A stretch of 51,318 bases of DNA from an uncultured Methanosarcinales archaeon (GCA_964445165.1 CAYUJZ010000006.1:1-51318); one strand, 5' to 3'; shown: positions 38,345-48,695, counted from the first letter of the stretch. Numbers and translations are program-made. Notes: generated by a model not told the origin, from the sequence alone.

Positions 38345-40024
38345 ATGGCTGCTCGAAATGCTAATAACCTTGTAAAGAACGCTCTTTTTGCTTTGCTGAT
38401 TCTTTCATTCTTCGCTGCGCCTGCGCTTGCGCAGTGGGACTTTTCCGGCAGGATTGGCTATGCTACTGAAAGGGGAAGCTTTTCCCTTATCTTCGGGCAG
38501 CAGCCTGACGAGACTGCAAATGTTTTTGTGCGCTTCTTCAGCCAGAGAGTGCCTCTTTTGATAAATATCAGGACATTCCAGTACACCACAAGGCAGGCGG
38601 GCGCTCCTCTCTGGGCGATGCTTCTTGTTTTCGCTGCAGTTTTCTCTTTGGTTTATGTCCTGGTGAAAAAGGTGCCTATGTTTAAGGATTCAGGCAATGG
38701 AAGAGAGAACAAGGCGCCTCTAGTTATATTCTGCCTTGCGCTTTCTCTTATGTGTGTTTTTCTGACTCCCATCCCGTTTATATTCCTGACTTTCCTTGCC
38801 TGGATAGGCGCTATCACAGGCTTTGGGGCAGGGGCTGTAATTTTCTTTTCAGTCTGCGTTACCCTGCTCGTATGGTTTCTTGGCAGCCTCGGGCAGGCGC
38901 ACAAGGGGGTTTCTGACTTTAAGAGGGACTGGAGGGCTAACAGGGTAGAGCCAAAAAAGCGGCCGCGCAGGGATGATGGGGATGATGATGGTGGTGATTC
39001 TAACAACGACCCAGGAAAAAACCCTCCGACGCGTGGTCCCGGCAGGCCCAGGCCGTCCTGGCAAGTTCATCAAGAAACCCAGGGAAACAAAAAGGGAGAG
39101 CCTATCAATGATGATGACTCTGAGAATATTGACGAGCTTATCGATAAGCTTGCAAACCAGGTCGTTGATACGAAATGGGCAGGCCTTGTGTCAAGAAGAT
39201 TAAAAGTAGACCTGCAGATTTTACAGCAGATTCTGGATAAGTCTTTTGAAGACCTTAAGAATTGCTCAAGCCAGCTTAATGATATACTGCTTTCACTTAA
39301 ATTGCTGATCCCTCTTCTTAACAGCAATCCGAGCGATGCAAAGGAAAAGGAAAAGATGAAGAGCGCCATTAACAAAGCTGCAAAGAACGGCATTGTTGCA
39401 CTGGCTAAATGCCTGAGGTCATATAAAAGCAAGAACGACAGCATAAAAAAAGTTATCGATGGCGAAGGAAAAATTCTGGAAAAGCTTGAACAAAAAACCT
39501 CAATACTGGCTACCCGGAGAAAAAGGTTTATGGAGTTCGTTAAAAAGATGGAAGACCAGCTTGGCTCGCTCCCGAATTCTGACAGGGATGAGCTAGATTC
39601 AATTGTTAGTGATTACGAAGAGATGAATAAGCGTATGAGTGCAGAGATCAAGGAAGGTGAGAAACTGCATGATGATCTAAAAGAAAGCAGGAAAGAGAAA
39701 GAGAGCTTTATGAAAGTTGCTCAATCAAGCTACAGGCACCTGGAAGACCTGCTGAGTGTTCTCAAAGACATTCTTGCTTCAAATTTCTCTTCTTCCGAGG
39801 ACCTTATAAAGCTGAAGTCTGAGATGGATGGCATTTGGCAGGAATTTATTAGTGAAAAGAGAATAGTAGGAGAAAACAGGCACATATGCAAGGAGCTCGA
39901 AGCCAGGGAGACCTTCCTATTTGACATTCAGGTTACATATAGCAGAGTTATTGCAAGAAAAGTTGCACAGGTAAAGAAAAAGATAGATGAATATCAAAAA
40001 ACCCGAAAAAATAATAAGAAATAG
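38345..40024 (+). CDS. Multi-pass membrane protein with low-complexity linker and long coiled coil
   Basis: Signal peptide, 3-4 TM helices, Pro/Arg/Asp-rich linker, coiled coil; zinc-ribbon remnant follows the stop. Confidence 0.75.
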   Translation: MAARNANNLVKNALFALLILSFFAAPALAQWDFSGRIGYATERGSFSLIFGQQPDETANVFVRFFSQRVPLLINIRTFQYTTRQAGAPLWAMLLVFAAVFSLVYVLVKKVPMFKDSGNGRENKAPLVIFCLALSLMCVFLTPIPFIFLTFLAWIGAITGFGAGAVIFFSVCVTLLVWFLGSLGQAHKGVSDFKRDWRANRVEPKKRPRRDDGDDDGGDSNNDPGKNPPTRGPGRPRPSWQVHQETQGNKKGEPINDDDSENIDELIDKLANQVVDTKWAGLVSRRLKVDLQILQQILDKSFEDLKNCSSQLNDILLSLKLLIPLLNSNPSDAKEKEKMKSAINKAAKNGIVALAKCLRSYKSKNDSIKKVIDGEGKILEKLEQKTSILATRRKRFMEFVKKMEDQLGSLPNSDRDELDSIVSDYEEMNKRMSAEIKEGEKLHDDLKESRKEKESFMKVAQSSYRHLEDLLSVLKDILASNFSSSEDLIKLKSEMDGIWQEFISEKRIVGENRHICKELEARETFLFDIQVTYSRVIARKVAQVKKKIDEYQKTRKNNKK

Positions 40025-40262
40025 ATAGTCCCCAGCAAAGTTTCAGGGGGCACGGTTGTACCTTTTAAGTATATTTGCTTTGGACTGTAATCAAAAGTTT
40101 AGAGCATCAAAAATAAAAGAAAAAACCTGTCCTTTTTGTCATTCCAATAACATAAAGATAAATTCATATTACTGTACAACTAGTGGCTGCGGTGTTTTGT
40201 ATAAGCCAGATTCCGATGCTGCTAAGTCAGGGATATGCTCTCATTGTAATAAATCCAGTTAG
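40025..40262 (+). pseudogene. Disrupted double zinc-ribbon segment, probable former C-terminus of the upstream protein
   Basis: Reading through TAG 40022-40024 gives IVPSKVSGGTVVPFKYIC; removing one T at 40079-40081 continues as LDCNQKF...CPFCHS...CTTSGC...CSHC. Confidence 0.5.
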
Positions 40263-41602
40263 TTGCTCCAAATAACCCCCTTCAGCTCTTTCATAAGCTC
40301 ATCCAGCTTATCGCTGCTCTCTGCCTCTGCATTCAGCCTTACCAATGGCTCTGTGTTGCTCTTCCTTATGTTGAACCAGGCATGGCTGTCCAGCTCCACA
40401 GTTATCCCATCCGTCTCATCAATCTTGCTTCCTGAGAACTTCTCCTTAATCCTGCTTATTGCTGCATCGGCATCCTTAACCCTGAAGTTGGTCTCCGGGC
40501 TTTTTGCAAAAATCCGGTAAGAGTGCAAAATCCCAGAAAGGTTTCTCCTGTCCTCCTCAAGCGCTTCAAGGATTTTCAGCAGCGCAAATATAGCGTCATC
40601 AAGGCAGAAGTTTTCCTTAAACATCACATGCCCTGAAAGCTCAGCACCAAACAGCCCGCCCTGCTCACGCAGCAGCTTCTTGTAAAAAGGGTTCCCAACC
40701 CTAACCCTCACAGGAATGCCGCCGTTGTCTTTTATCACCTTTTCCACAGCCCTGCTGCACCTGAGGTCATAATATACCTTTTCACCCTGATGCTCCTTCA
40801 GGCAGTGCTCAGCAAGAAAAGCGATAATATAGTCCATCTGGTGAAACTCTCCCTTTTCATCCACAATCCCCAGCCTGTCACCGTCTCCATCGAATGCAAA
40901 GCCTAAATCAGCCTTCTCCTCCATAACCTTCTTCTTAAGTACCTCCAGCGTCTCTTCCTTGATAGGGTTTGCCTCATGGTTAGGGAAGTCACCGTCAGCC
41001 TCCAAGAAAAGCGGATAAAACTCAAGCCCAAGCACTTTCGCAACCCTGTTAAACACCGGCCCGGCAATCCCGTTCCCGAAGTCGATAACAATCTTGCTGT
41101 TGTATTTTGTGTTAAACTTTCTGGCAAGGTATTCAGAATAAACAGAAACAACATCTTCTTCAAAAACACTCCCTTTGTTTCTCGGCTCTGAAAAGCTCTT
41201 TGCTGAATATATTTCCTCAATCTCCTTAAGCCCATTTTCAGAGAAAATCATTTCGCTTCCCCTGGAAAACTTCAAGCCGTTGTACTGCTTAGGGTTATGT
41301 GATGCAGTAACCATAATGCTAAAGTCAGCAAGCCCAGCCTCAACAGCATAATAGCTCAGGAAAGTGGTAACCTCGCCAAGCAGCACAGCATCAAAACCAG
41401 ATTCAATCACACCCTTAATCACAGAATTATAAATCCCCGGAGAGCTTCTCCTTGCATCCATGCCTATTGCAATCCTGCATCTTTCGAGCTTGTGCTTCTG
41501 CTTAATAAACTCAGCAAAAGCCCTGGCAATCTCGTAGCCTTTCTTCTCATCAATTTCATCCGGGTAAACCCCCCTTATGTCATACGCGTGGAAAATTCCC
41601 AT
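40259..41602 (-). CDS. Phosphomannomutase/phosphoglucomutase
   Basis: AYDIRG, TASHNP, FDGDGDR, AELSGH, RKSNTEP. Confidence 0.94.
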   Translation of the reverse strand: MGIFHAYDIRGVYPDEIDEKKGYEIARAFAEFIKQKHKLERCRIAIGMDARRSSPGIYNSVIKGVIESGFDAVLLGEVTTFLSYYAVEAGLADFSIMVTASHNPKQYNGLKFSRGSEMIFSENGLKEIEEIYSAKSFSEPRNKGSVFEEDVVSVYSEYLARKFNTKYNSKIVIDFGNGIAGPVFNRVAKVLGLEFYPLFLEADGDFPNHEANPIKEETLEVLKKKVMEEKADLGFAFDGDGDRLGIVDEKGEFHQMDYIIAFLAEHCLKEHQGEKVYYDLRCSRAVEKVIKDNGGIPVRVRVGNPFYKKLLREQGGLFGAELSGHVMFKENFCLDDAIFALLKILEALEEDRRNLSGILHSYRIFAKSPETNFRVKDADAAISRIKEKFSGSKIDETDGITVELDSHAWFNIRKSNTEPLVRLNAEAESSDKLDELMKELKGVIWSN

Positions 41603-41616
41603 TCTTTCATCACCTT

Positions 41617-42813
41617 TTATCCTCTTGCGTGAATCTCTATCACATCCCCGCTTTTCAGGACATGCTCTTTTCCTATAGTCTGCTTTCTCTTTACATCTGT
41701 TGCTTTAATAAAGTTGTCTCCCAGGTCAGAGTGCACTTTGTAGGCAAAGTCCAGCGCAGTGCTCCCTTCAGGCAATATAAAGCAGTCAGGCAGCACATTC
41801 CCGAACTGGTCGGCAAGCTTGCTAACCCCGCCAGGAAAGACATAAATGCATTTCAGCACAGAGAACACAGCCTCATTCAGCACATCCTGCACTCCGGTGC
41901 TCTTAAGCCTGCCAAGAATCTTCTCTTTCACAAAAGAAAGCGCAGCCTTTTGCTTTTCAGACAAAGCACTCTCATCCTTAATCTCAAAAGAGCTGTCACC
42001 AGGAATGTATTTTATCATCCCTTTGAGAGAAGCCTCCCTCAGCGCAAGCTCAGACTCAGAGCTGGTTGCTATAATCGTGGTTTCCCTGAATCTCTCCTTA
42101 AGCGATTCCAGGTTTTTCTCAGCCCCAGGATAATCTATCTTGTTTGCAGCAATTATTATCGGCTTGGTTTTCTTTCTCAGCAGGGATGCAAACTTCTTAA
42201 GCTCAGGCTCACTCCATTTGGTGATCTCATTTGAAAGCCCAAGCTCCCTGAAGCATTCCTTAACAATATCATCAGTTGCATTTAATCCTGAAAATTGCTT
42301 TACAATCGCCTTCACAGGATCAGCATGCTCAAGCGCAACCTGCTTTGAAAACTTGTTCCAGACTTTCATGAATATCTGGAAAAACCACATATCAAGCTCA
42401 TTTTCCAGGAAAAGCACATCATTCTCAGGATTATAAGATAGCGGCTCAACAGGCTCCCCGTTTTCATTTGTAGAGCCCGACACATCAATCACATGCACAA
42501 GCACATCAGCCTGCCTTAAGTCATCAAGAAACTGGTTACCCATCCCTTTTCCCTCATGCGCACCAGGCACCAGCCCTGCAACATCAAGAAGCTCGACAGG
42601 AACAAACCGGTTATGCTCAATGCAAAACCCTTCCCTCGGCTTGCATTTCGTGTTAAAAAACTTGTCAGCGCACTCAACCCTTACATAGCCAACCCCCCTG
42701 TTAGGCTTGATTGTCACAAAAGGATAATTAGCGATTTCAGTGTTTGCAAGAGTGCACGCCTTAAAAAAAGTGCTTTTCCCTACATTAGGCTTTCCTACAA
42801 TCCCTATCAGCAT
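41617..42813 (-). CDS. Obg-family P-loop NTPase with TGS domain (archaeal YchF/Ygr210-like)
   Basis: GKPNVGKST, NYPFVTI, DVAGLV, NKID; C-terminal TGS domain. Confidence 0.92.
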   Translation of the reverse strand: MLIGIVGKPNVGKSTFFKACTLANTEIANYPFVTIKPNRGVGYVRVECADKFFNTKCKPREGFCIEHNRFVPVELLDVAGLVPGAHEGKGMGNQFLDDLRQADVLVHVIDVSGSTNENGEPVEPLSYNPENDVLFLENELDMWFFQIFMKVWNKFSKQVALEHADPVKAIVKQFSGLNATDDIVKECFRELGLSNEITKWSEPELKKFASLLRKKTKPIIIAANKIDYPGAEKNLESLKERFRETTIIATSSESELALREASLKGMIKYIPGDSSFEIKDESALSEKQKAALSFVKEKILGRLKSTGVQDVLNEAVFSVLKCIYVFPGGVSKLADQFGNVLPDCFILPEGSTALDFAYKVHSDLGDNFIKATDVKRKQTIGKEHVLKSGDVIEIHARG

Positions 42814-42956
42814 TCTGCCTCACTCAGCAAGCATCCGCCAACCCCTATCTTTTAATATTTTCTGTTTAGTGTTTAGTAAAGTTTAAATAGTAAAGTATTC
42901 AGTTATTGTATAGGTTATAAGAGTATAGATATTTCCATATTTTGAGGCGCGTTCAA

Positions 42957-44171
42957 ATGCCAAAGAAAGCGGTTTTTATTGTAATAGACGGCCTGGGAGA
43001 TTTGCCCTGCCCAGAGCTTAAAGGCAAAACCCCGCTGGAAGCAGCAAAAAAGTCGGTAATTGACTCCATGTCAGAAGAAGGCGAAACAGGCTTTATGAAT
43101 ACAATAGCCCCCGGGGTTATCCCAGGAAGCGATACAGCCCACCTTGCATTGTTTGGCTATAACCCCTACCTTTTCTATTTTGGCAGGGGAATTTACGAAG
43201 CATTGGGCGCAGGCTTTGAGCTCGAGGAAAGTGATGTAGCCTTCAGGGCTAACCTTGCAACTCTTGAGAACGGCATTATTACAGACAGGAGAGCAGGCAG
43301 GAATGACAGCCACATGAAAGAGCTCTACTCTGCTGTTGATGGAATGAAAATAGAAGATATCCATGTTATCTCAAGGCACACAAGCGAGCATCGCGGGGTT
43401 GTTATCTTCAGGGGAAACGGCCTCTCAAACCTTATCACAGACATTGACCCGCACAAGACAGGTGAAAAGCCGCTTGAAAGCAGGCCGAAGGACAACTCGT
43501 TACAGGCAGACAAGACAGCAAGAATCTTAAATGAATTCACCCGAAGGATTATTGGGATACTCAATAATTCAGAATGGAACAAAAGAAGGCAAGAAGAAGG
43601 CCTTTTGCCTGGCAATGTTATCCTTCTCAGGGGTGCAGGAGCGTACAGGCAGGTTGATTCGGTTGAAAAAAGGCTTGGGATAAAAATGTCCTGCATAGCA
43701 GGCGGCGCCCTGTACAAAGGCGTAGCCAGGTTTGTCGGCATGAATGTCCTGAATGTTCCAGGCGCAACAGGAGATAAAAACACAAGCCTGAAAGCCAAGC
43801 TGGATGCAGCGCTTAAGGCAAAAGAGGAAAGCGACATTGTATTTCTTCACCTAAAAGCTCCTGACTCATTTGGCCATGATGGAAAGCCTGTTGAAAAAAA
43901 GCAGTTTATAGAAAAAATAGACAAAGAAGTAATGAAAGGGATAAAAGAAAATTTTGATGTTGTGCTTATTACAGGAGACCACTCAACCCCATGTGCAGTG
44001 AAGGAGCATTCCGCGGATGCAGTCCCTATCCTTATGTGGGGAAAGAACTGCAGGAAAGACAACGGAATATTCTCAGAGTCAAACCCCTCGCCCACGCTCT
44101 TTGTAAGAGGGCTTGATGTGCTCAATATCCTGCTCTCAAAGATAGAAAAGCTGGATAAGTTTGGAGAGTAA
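42957..44171 (+). CDS. apgM: 2,3-bisphosphoglycerate-independent phosphoglycerate mutase (archaeal type)
   Basis: IDGLGD, PGSDTAHL, HLKAPDSFGHDG, TGDHSTP. Confidence 0.94.
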   Translation: MPKKAVFIVIDGLGDLPCPELKGKTPLEAAKKSVIDSMSEEGETGFMNTIAPGVIPGSDTAHLALFGYNPYLFYFGRGIYEALGAGFELEESDVAFRANLATLENGIITDRRAGRNDSHMKELYSAVDGMKIEDIHVISRHTSEHRGVVIFRGNGLSNLITDIDPHKTGEKPLESRPKDNSLQADKTARILNEFTRRIIGILNNSEWNKRRQEEGLLPGNVILLRGAGAYRQVDSVEKRLGIKMSCIAGGALYKGVARFVGMNVLNVPGATGDKNTSLKAKLDAALKAKEESDIVFLHLKAPDSFGHDGKPVEKKQFIEKIDKEVMKGIKENFDVVLITGDHSTPCAVKEHSADAVPILMWGKNCRKDNGIFSESNPSPTLFVRGLDVLNILLSKIEKLDKFGE

Positions 44172-44180
44172 AAAGAAAAA

Positions 44181-44756
44181 ATGTACAGCGTGCTTGAAGA
44201 TATAACCGAAGAAGAGTTCCCTGATGTAGTGAGAAGGCTCAAGACAGTAGAGTCTGAGCCAGGCAATGTAGTTAAGACATTCGAAGAAGAAGACGCCTCA
44301 ACCTCTTACCTTGTCGGGAGAGGCTCAAAGCCCCGTAGCGACCTAGCAAAAGAAATAACTAAAAAAGAATGCGAGATGCTTTTTTTGAATGGAGTAATTC
44401 ACGCAAAAGCAAGGGATGCAGCGCTTAAGACACGGCACGGAAAGCTTACCCACAGGGAATGGCTCTTCAGCCACAGCTACAGGGACTTCCCGGAGAAGCT
44501 CAGGAAGCGCCTTGCAAAAATCTCGGCAGCAAAGCTGATGTCTGCGGTTTTGCTTGTGTTATCAGGAATATTTTTCATCGCCTCAGGCTCGTCAATAACA
44601 GGCAACTTTGTTGCAGGAAACATTTTCTCAGATGCCGGCGACTACCTTCTTTTCTCTATTGTAGCTTTTTCACTGATTATTTTCAGCATATTAAGCGTAG
44701 CCAAGTCAAAAGAAGAAAGGCTGCAAAGCCTTGCAAGGGCAGTGCACGGGTTCTAA
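44181..44756 (+). CDS. Hypothetical membrane protein with C-terminal TM-SITGNFV-TM segment
   Basis: Two C-terminal TM helices flanking an ITG motif. Confidence 0.65.
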   Translation: MYSVLEDITEEEFPDVVRRLKTVESEPGNVVKTFEEEDASTSYLVGRGSKPRSDLAKEITKKECEMLFLNGVIHAKARDAALKTRHGKLTHREWLFSHSYRDFPEKLRKRLAKISAAKLMSAVLLVLSGIFFIASGSSITGNFVAGNIFSDAGDYLLFSIVAFSLIIFSILSVAKSKEERLQSLARAVHGF

Positions 44757-44787
44757 AGCACGCAAGAATAAGCAACGCTTCATGGCA

Positions 44788-45072
44788 CTACAGGTTGAAT
44801 TCATCGACAAATCCCTTTATCACTGCATATTTCTCAAGATACTTGAAGCCGTTGTCAGTAAGCGTTATGTACTTTCTGCCTTTCTTGTCATAAATCTCCT
44901 TGATTAGTTCTTTCTCTCTAAGCTCATTAAAGTAATCGCTGAAGCTTTTTGAGGAAAGGTTTGACTGCCTCAGCAGGCGGGTAGGCCTGATAGAATTATG
45001 GTTGTCGTTGATAATCTTAATTATGTCATAAATGATTTCCAGCCTTTCCCTTTTCCTCTCTACTTTGCCCAT
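44788..45072 (-). CDS. Winged-helix DNA-binding protein (HTH_45-like)
   Basis: KRERLEIIYDII...PTRLLRQSNLS...ITLTDNGFKYL. Confidence 0.85.
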   Translation of the reverse strand: MGKVERKRERLEIIYDIIKIINDNHNSIRPTRLLRQSNLSSKSFSDYFNELREKELIKEIYDKKGRKYITLTDNGFKYLEKYAVIKGFVDEFNL

Positions 45073-45701
45073 TTTAAGACCTTTGCTATGAAATAGCTAA
45101 GCAGTATCACTGAAAGCACCTGGAAGACCAGCTTTGCCTCAAAAGAAAGCAGGCTCCTGGTGTACAGGATAATCATGTTAAATATCCAGAACAAAGAAAC
45201 AAGCGAGTAGAGATACCTTATTTTCTTGCCTCTGTTAACTATAAAGATTGCTGCAATCATCCCTAGCTGGATAACAATAAAAAGCAGCAGCGAAAACCCA
45301 AGAGGGAAAAGCAGAATCACCATAAAGGCGAAAAGGTGGATAAACACCAGAAACTTCCAGTGCTCAACCTTTTTCCAGATGCTGCTGTATATTAAGTAGC
45401 CTATAGCTACAGAGCCGAAGTAGCTCACCAAAAACAGCGAAATCACGGAAAGCACCCTCCCAGGAACATGATACTCTGAAGCAACCAGCATTAGCTTTAC
45501 AGAGTGATAGAGTATTCTTGAGGCGTAGGCAAGCGCAAAAAACAGGAAAGCGTTCCTGAAATACCTTATGCCCCTGTACTTGGATATTTTAAACAGGCCT
45601 TTTGTTTTGAGATAAATAAACAGGAACATGATAACAATAACTACAGAGTAAGCAAACTCTGTCCCAAACCTGAGCAGGTCAAAGTGCTGGTAAGCTGACA
45701 T
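45060..45701 (-). CDS. Polytopic (about 7 TM) membrane protein, possible sensor
   Basis: Seven hydrophobic segments; YRGIRYFRNAFLFFA motif; overlaps the start of the wHTH gene. Confidence 0.7.
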   Translation of the reverse strand: MSAYQHFDLLRFGTEFAYSVVIVIMFLFIYLKTKGLFKISKYRGIRYFRNAFLFFALAYASRILYHSVKLMLVASEYHVPGRVLSVISLFLVSYFGSVAIGYLIYSSIWKKVEHWKFLVFIHLFAFMVILLFPLGFSLLLFIVIQLGMIAAIFIVNRGKKIRYLYSLVSLFWIFNMIILYTRSLLSFEAKLVFQVLSVILLSYFIAKVLKWAK

Positions 45702-45855
45702 TTTTTTTAACCCCCAAGTCACCCTGTCTATTTAAAGCTTTATAAAAAAAGTGGACTTCAAGTGTATATCTGTCTTTCTCTGCATTTAAATACCTGCGGC
45801 ATAAATCATATCATGAGCGGTTTGAAAAAACCGTAAAAGCAAAAGAGGTAAAGAA

Positions 45856-46251
45856 ATGAAAAAAACAAATCTATTTGGAATGACAGCGCTCGCAGTCTTT
45901 GGGCTGCTGCTGTCGATGTCCCTGGCAAGCGCCTACAGGGGAGACTACAGCATTCCGGGACCGGAGCACAGTGAGGAGAGGCATGAGCTGATGGAAACTG
46001 CTTTTGAGAGCCTTGACTATGCTGGGTGGTACTGGATTATGACAGAGAACGGAAGAATGCCCAGAGTGGTATTAGTAGTGACCGAAGACAACTTTGATAG
46101 GTTTGTGGCTGCCTGGCATGCAGGGAAGAGCGGAGACATAGAGGCTGCGCTTGATATCAGGGCTGAGCTTGGGCTTGGAAGCGGCCAAGGCGCCAGCGCG
46201 AAGTTCGGCGAACAGGCGCTTATCTCAAAACAGGTTAGAGGCAGAAGATAA
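45856..46251 (+). CDS. Predicted secreted helical protein
   Basis: Signal peptide ending ASA; divergent from the TM/wHTH pair; AGAGG SD. Confidence 0.7.
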   Translation: MKKTNLFGMTALAVFGLLLSMSLASAYRGDYSIPGPEHSEERHELMETAFESLDYAGWYWIMTENGRMPRVVLVVTEDNFDRFVAAWHAGKSGDIEAALDIRAELGLGSGQGASAKFGEQALISKQVRGRR

Positions 46252-46276
46252 TTTTTTTATTTTTTTATTTTATTTT

Positions 46277-46693
46277 TCACGCACCCAGCAGCTTGTCAAA
46301 GTTTTCATCAAGCTCTTCGCTTACTTTCTTAATCTTTTCAAAGCTCCTGCTTACCTGACTTTCGAGGTGCTCAACCATCTCTTTCACAGAGCTGCTCACC
46401 AGAAAATACCTGTTTTCCTGGGACTCTATAATTCCGGCTTCCTGGAGCTTGTGAAGGTGGTGTATCACGGTCCCCCTGGAAACCTTAAGCCGAAAGGAAA
46501 GGTCGTCACTGCTTACAGCAATATGCTTTTTTGAGTTCCTCAGCAGCTCAAGAAAGATCCTGAAGCAAGTCTTGTCCTTGTCCCTGGTGGAAAAAAAACC
46601 CAGCGAAAGGGCTATCCACTGAATTCTTAAGTTTATGCTGTCTTCATCCGGCGGAACAGCATTTACAACAGTAACCTTTCTGAACCTTGCCAT
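46277..46693 (-). CDS. Winged-helix transcriptional regulator (ArsR-like)
   Basis: SSDDLSFRLKVSRGTVIHHLHKLQEAGII HTH. Confidence 0.8.
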   Translation of the reverse strand: MARFRKVTVVNAVPPDEDSINLRIQWIALSLGFFSTRDKDKTCFRIFLELLRNSKKHIAVSSDDLSFRLKVSRGTVIHHLHKLQEAGIIESQENRYFLVSSSVKEMVEHLESQVSRSFEKIKKVSEELDENFDKLLGA

Positions 46694-46745
46694 GCATACA
46701 CCCTATATCGGTTAACTATATAAATACTGCTGTTTTTTATTCTTT

Positions 46746-47438
46746 ATGCTTAAAAAAAAGCCAGAGACACTAAAAATCGGGGCATTATTCTCCGGAGGAA
46801 AGGACAGTGTTTATGCAATGAACTTGCTTAACCTGTCCGGAAATGAGATAGCCTGCCTGATTTCCCTTATTCCTGAAGGAGATGACTCGATGCTTTTTCA
46901 TGTCCCGTTTACAAGCCAGATAGACACGCTTGCCCAGGCGCTTGAGCTTCCCCTTGTGAGAGCAGTTGCCGGGAAAGACGAGCTTTACTCGCTTAAGAGA
47001 GCGCTAAAAAAGGCAATGCAAAATCACGGCATTAATGCAGTATGCACAGGCGCAATCGCTTCTGACTACCAGAGAATGCGCATAAGCATGGTTGCAGAAG
47101 AGCTGGGATTAAAAGTGCTTTCTCCGCTCTGGCACAAAAGCCAGGATAAAATCCTGCTGGAAGAAGCAGAATACATGAAATTCATTCTCGTAACCGCAAC
47201 CTCGGAAGGCATCAGCAAGTCTGTTTTGGGAAAGCATTTTCAGCAGCAGGACGCAGATGAAATATTAAGGCAGAAAGTGCTGACCAATAAGGCATTTGAA
47301 GGTGGCGAGGCAGAAAGCCTTGCCCTTGACTCACCCTTGCACAAGAAAGAAATACAGCTAGTGGATACAGTGAGCAGAAGCGATTCGGAGTTTGAGCATT
47401 ACCTTTCAGGAAAAGCTGTTTTGGTGGACAAAAAATGA
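46746..47438 (+). CDS. Diphthine--ammonia ligase (Dph6-type PP-loop ATPase)
   Basis: LFSGGKDS, SMLFHVP, GAIASDYQ, SPLWHK, EGGEAES. Confidence 0.88.
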   Translation: MLKKKPETLKIGALFSGGKDSVYAMNLLNLSGNEIACLISLIPEGDDSMLFHVPFTSQIDTLAQALELPLVRAVAGKDELYSLKRALKKAMQNHGINAVCTGAIASDYQRMRISMVAEELGLKVLSPLWHKSQDKILLEEAEYMKFILVTATSEGISKSVLGKHFQQQDADEILRQKVLTNKAFEGGEAESLALDSPLHKKEIQLVDTVSRSDSEFEHYLSGKAVLVDKK

Positions 47439-48694
47439 TACTTAAAAACTGCAGGTTTGTAATAACCCAGGATGCATCAAGGAAAATCCTTGAGAATGTT
47501 GACATACATATTGAAGGCGGCAAGATAAAGAAAATCTCAAAAGCCAGCAAAAAGAAGCCTAAAAAGACAATTGACTGCTCAGATAAAATAGTATTTCCTG
47601 CTTTCACGAATGCGCACACCCACACAGCAATGACCCTTTTCAGGGGATTCGAGGACAGCCTCCCGCTTAACATATGGCTGGAAAAAGTAAGCCCCCTGGA
47701 GGAAAGGCTAACCCCAAAGCTGATTTCGATTTCATCAGAGCTAGGTATAATGGAAATGCTTTCAAGAGGGGTTGCTTCGTTTGTTGACATGTGCTTTTCC
47801 TCAAAAGAAACCTTGCTTGTTGCAGAAAAATACGGAATCCGCTGTATGCTTGGCCCGGGGTTTTCAGGCGAATCATTTGAAAAAGCCCTTGAATCAGCCG
47901 AATCCCTGCTCAAGCTAAAAAGCCTGATGTTTGAGCCCTGCATCAGCCCTCACTCTGTCCACACCTGCTCAGAAAAGACCCTGGTTAAGTCAAGGGACTT
48001 TGCAAGAAAGCATAGGGTTAAGCTTAACATCCACGCAGCAGAAACCAGGAGAGAAGTGTTTGAGTGCTACAAGAAAAACAGGATGTTTGTGATAGAGTAC
48101 CTTGACTCTTTAGGCTTGCTGGATAATTCCATTCTTGCTCACTGCGGCTGGATAACTAAAGGCGAGGCAAGAACGATTAGTGAAAGAAATGCTGTTATTG
48201 TACATTGCCCTGTTTCAAACATGAAGCTTGCAACAGGCGCATTCTTTCCTTATGCAGAGCTGGCTTCCCAAAAAGTTCCAATAGCGCTTGGCACAGACAG
48301 TGCAGCCAGCAACAACTCACTCAGCATGTTTGATGAGATGAAGGCAATGTGCCTGCTTAACAAAAACAATTACTGGGATGCATCACTGGCAGGAGCCCAG
48401 GATGCGCTGGATTCAGCAACCATCCATGGTGCAAAGGCAACAGGGTTTGCCAACGGCAGCATCGAGCCGGGAAAGCAAGCAGACTTGGCAGCAGTAAGCA
48501 TAAATTGCCTGGAATTAATGCCACTGAGAAAAGAGAGCCTAGTGAGCAGCCTGGCTTACTCTTTCAATTCCCGTGTTGAGTTTACCGTAGTTGCCGGAAA
48601 GCTTGTGTTTGAAAAAACAATGCTTCCAGATTGGCATCAAAGAGCAGGAAAGATATCAAGGGAGCTAAGCCGGTTTATTGAAAAGAACCGTTAA
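47435..48694 (+). CDS. Amidohydrolase, MTA/SAH deaminase-like
   Basis: NAHTH, SPHS, IHAAET, HCPVSNMKL, LGTDSAASNN. Confidence 0.88.
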   Translation: MILKNCRFVITQDASRKILENVDIHIEGGKIKKISKASKKKPKKTIDCSDKIVFPAFTNAHTHTAMTLFRGFEDSLPLNIWLEKVSPLEERLTPKLISISSELGIMEMLSRGVASFVDMCFSSKETLLVAEKYGIRCMLGPGFSGESFEKALESAESLLKLKSLMFEPCISPHSVHTCSEKTLVKSRDFARKHRVKLNIHAAETRREVFECYKKNRMFVIEYLDSLGLLDNSILAHCGWITKGEARTISERNAVIVHCPVSNMKLATGAFFPYAELASQKVPIALGTDSAASNNSLSMFDEMKAMCLLNKNNYWDASLAGAQDALDSATIHGAKATGFANGSIEPGKQADLAAVSINCLELMPLRKESLVSSLAYSFNSRVEFTVVAGKLVFEKTMLPDWHQRAGKISRELSRFIEKNR

Positions 48695-48695
48695 C

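Noticed and set aside
21165-40024. Genome-wide amber (TAG) recoding, suggested by two in-frame TAGs
   Set aside because: TAG ends conserved genes at their expected lengths (PIN toxin, rpl37ae, UPF0147), and the tail after 40024 also needs a frameshift.
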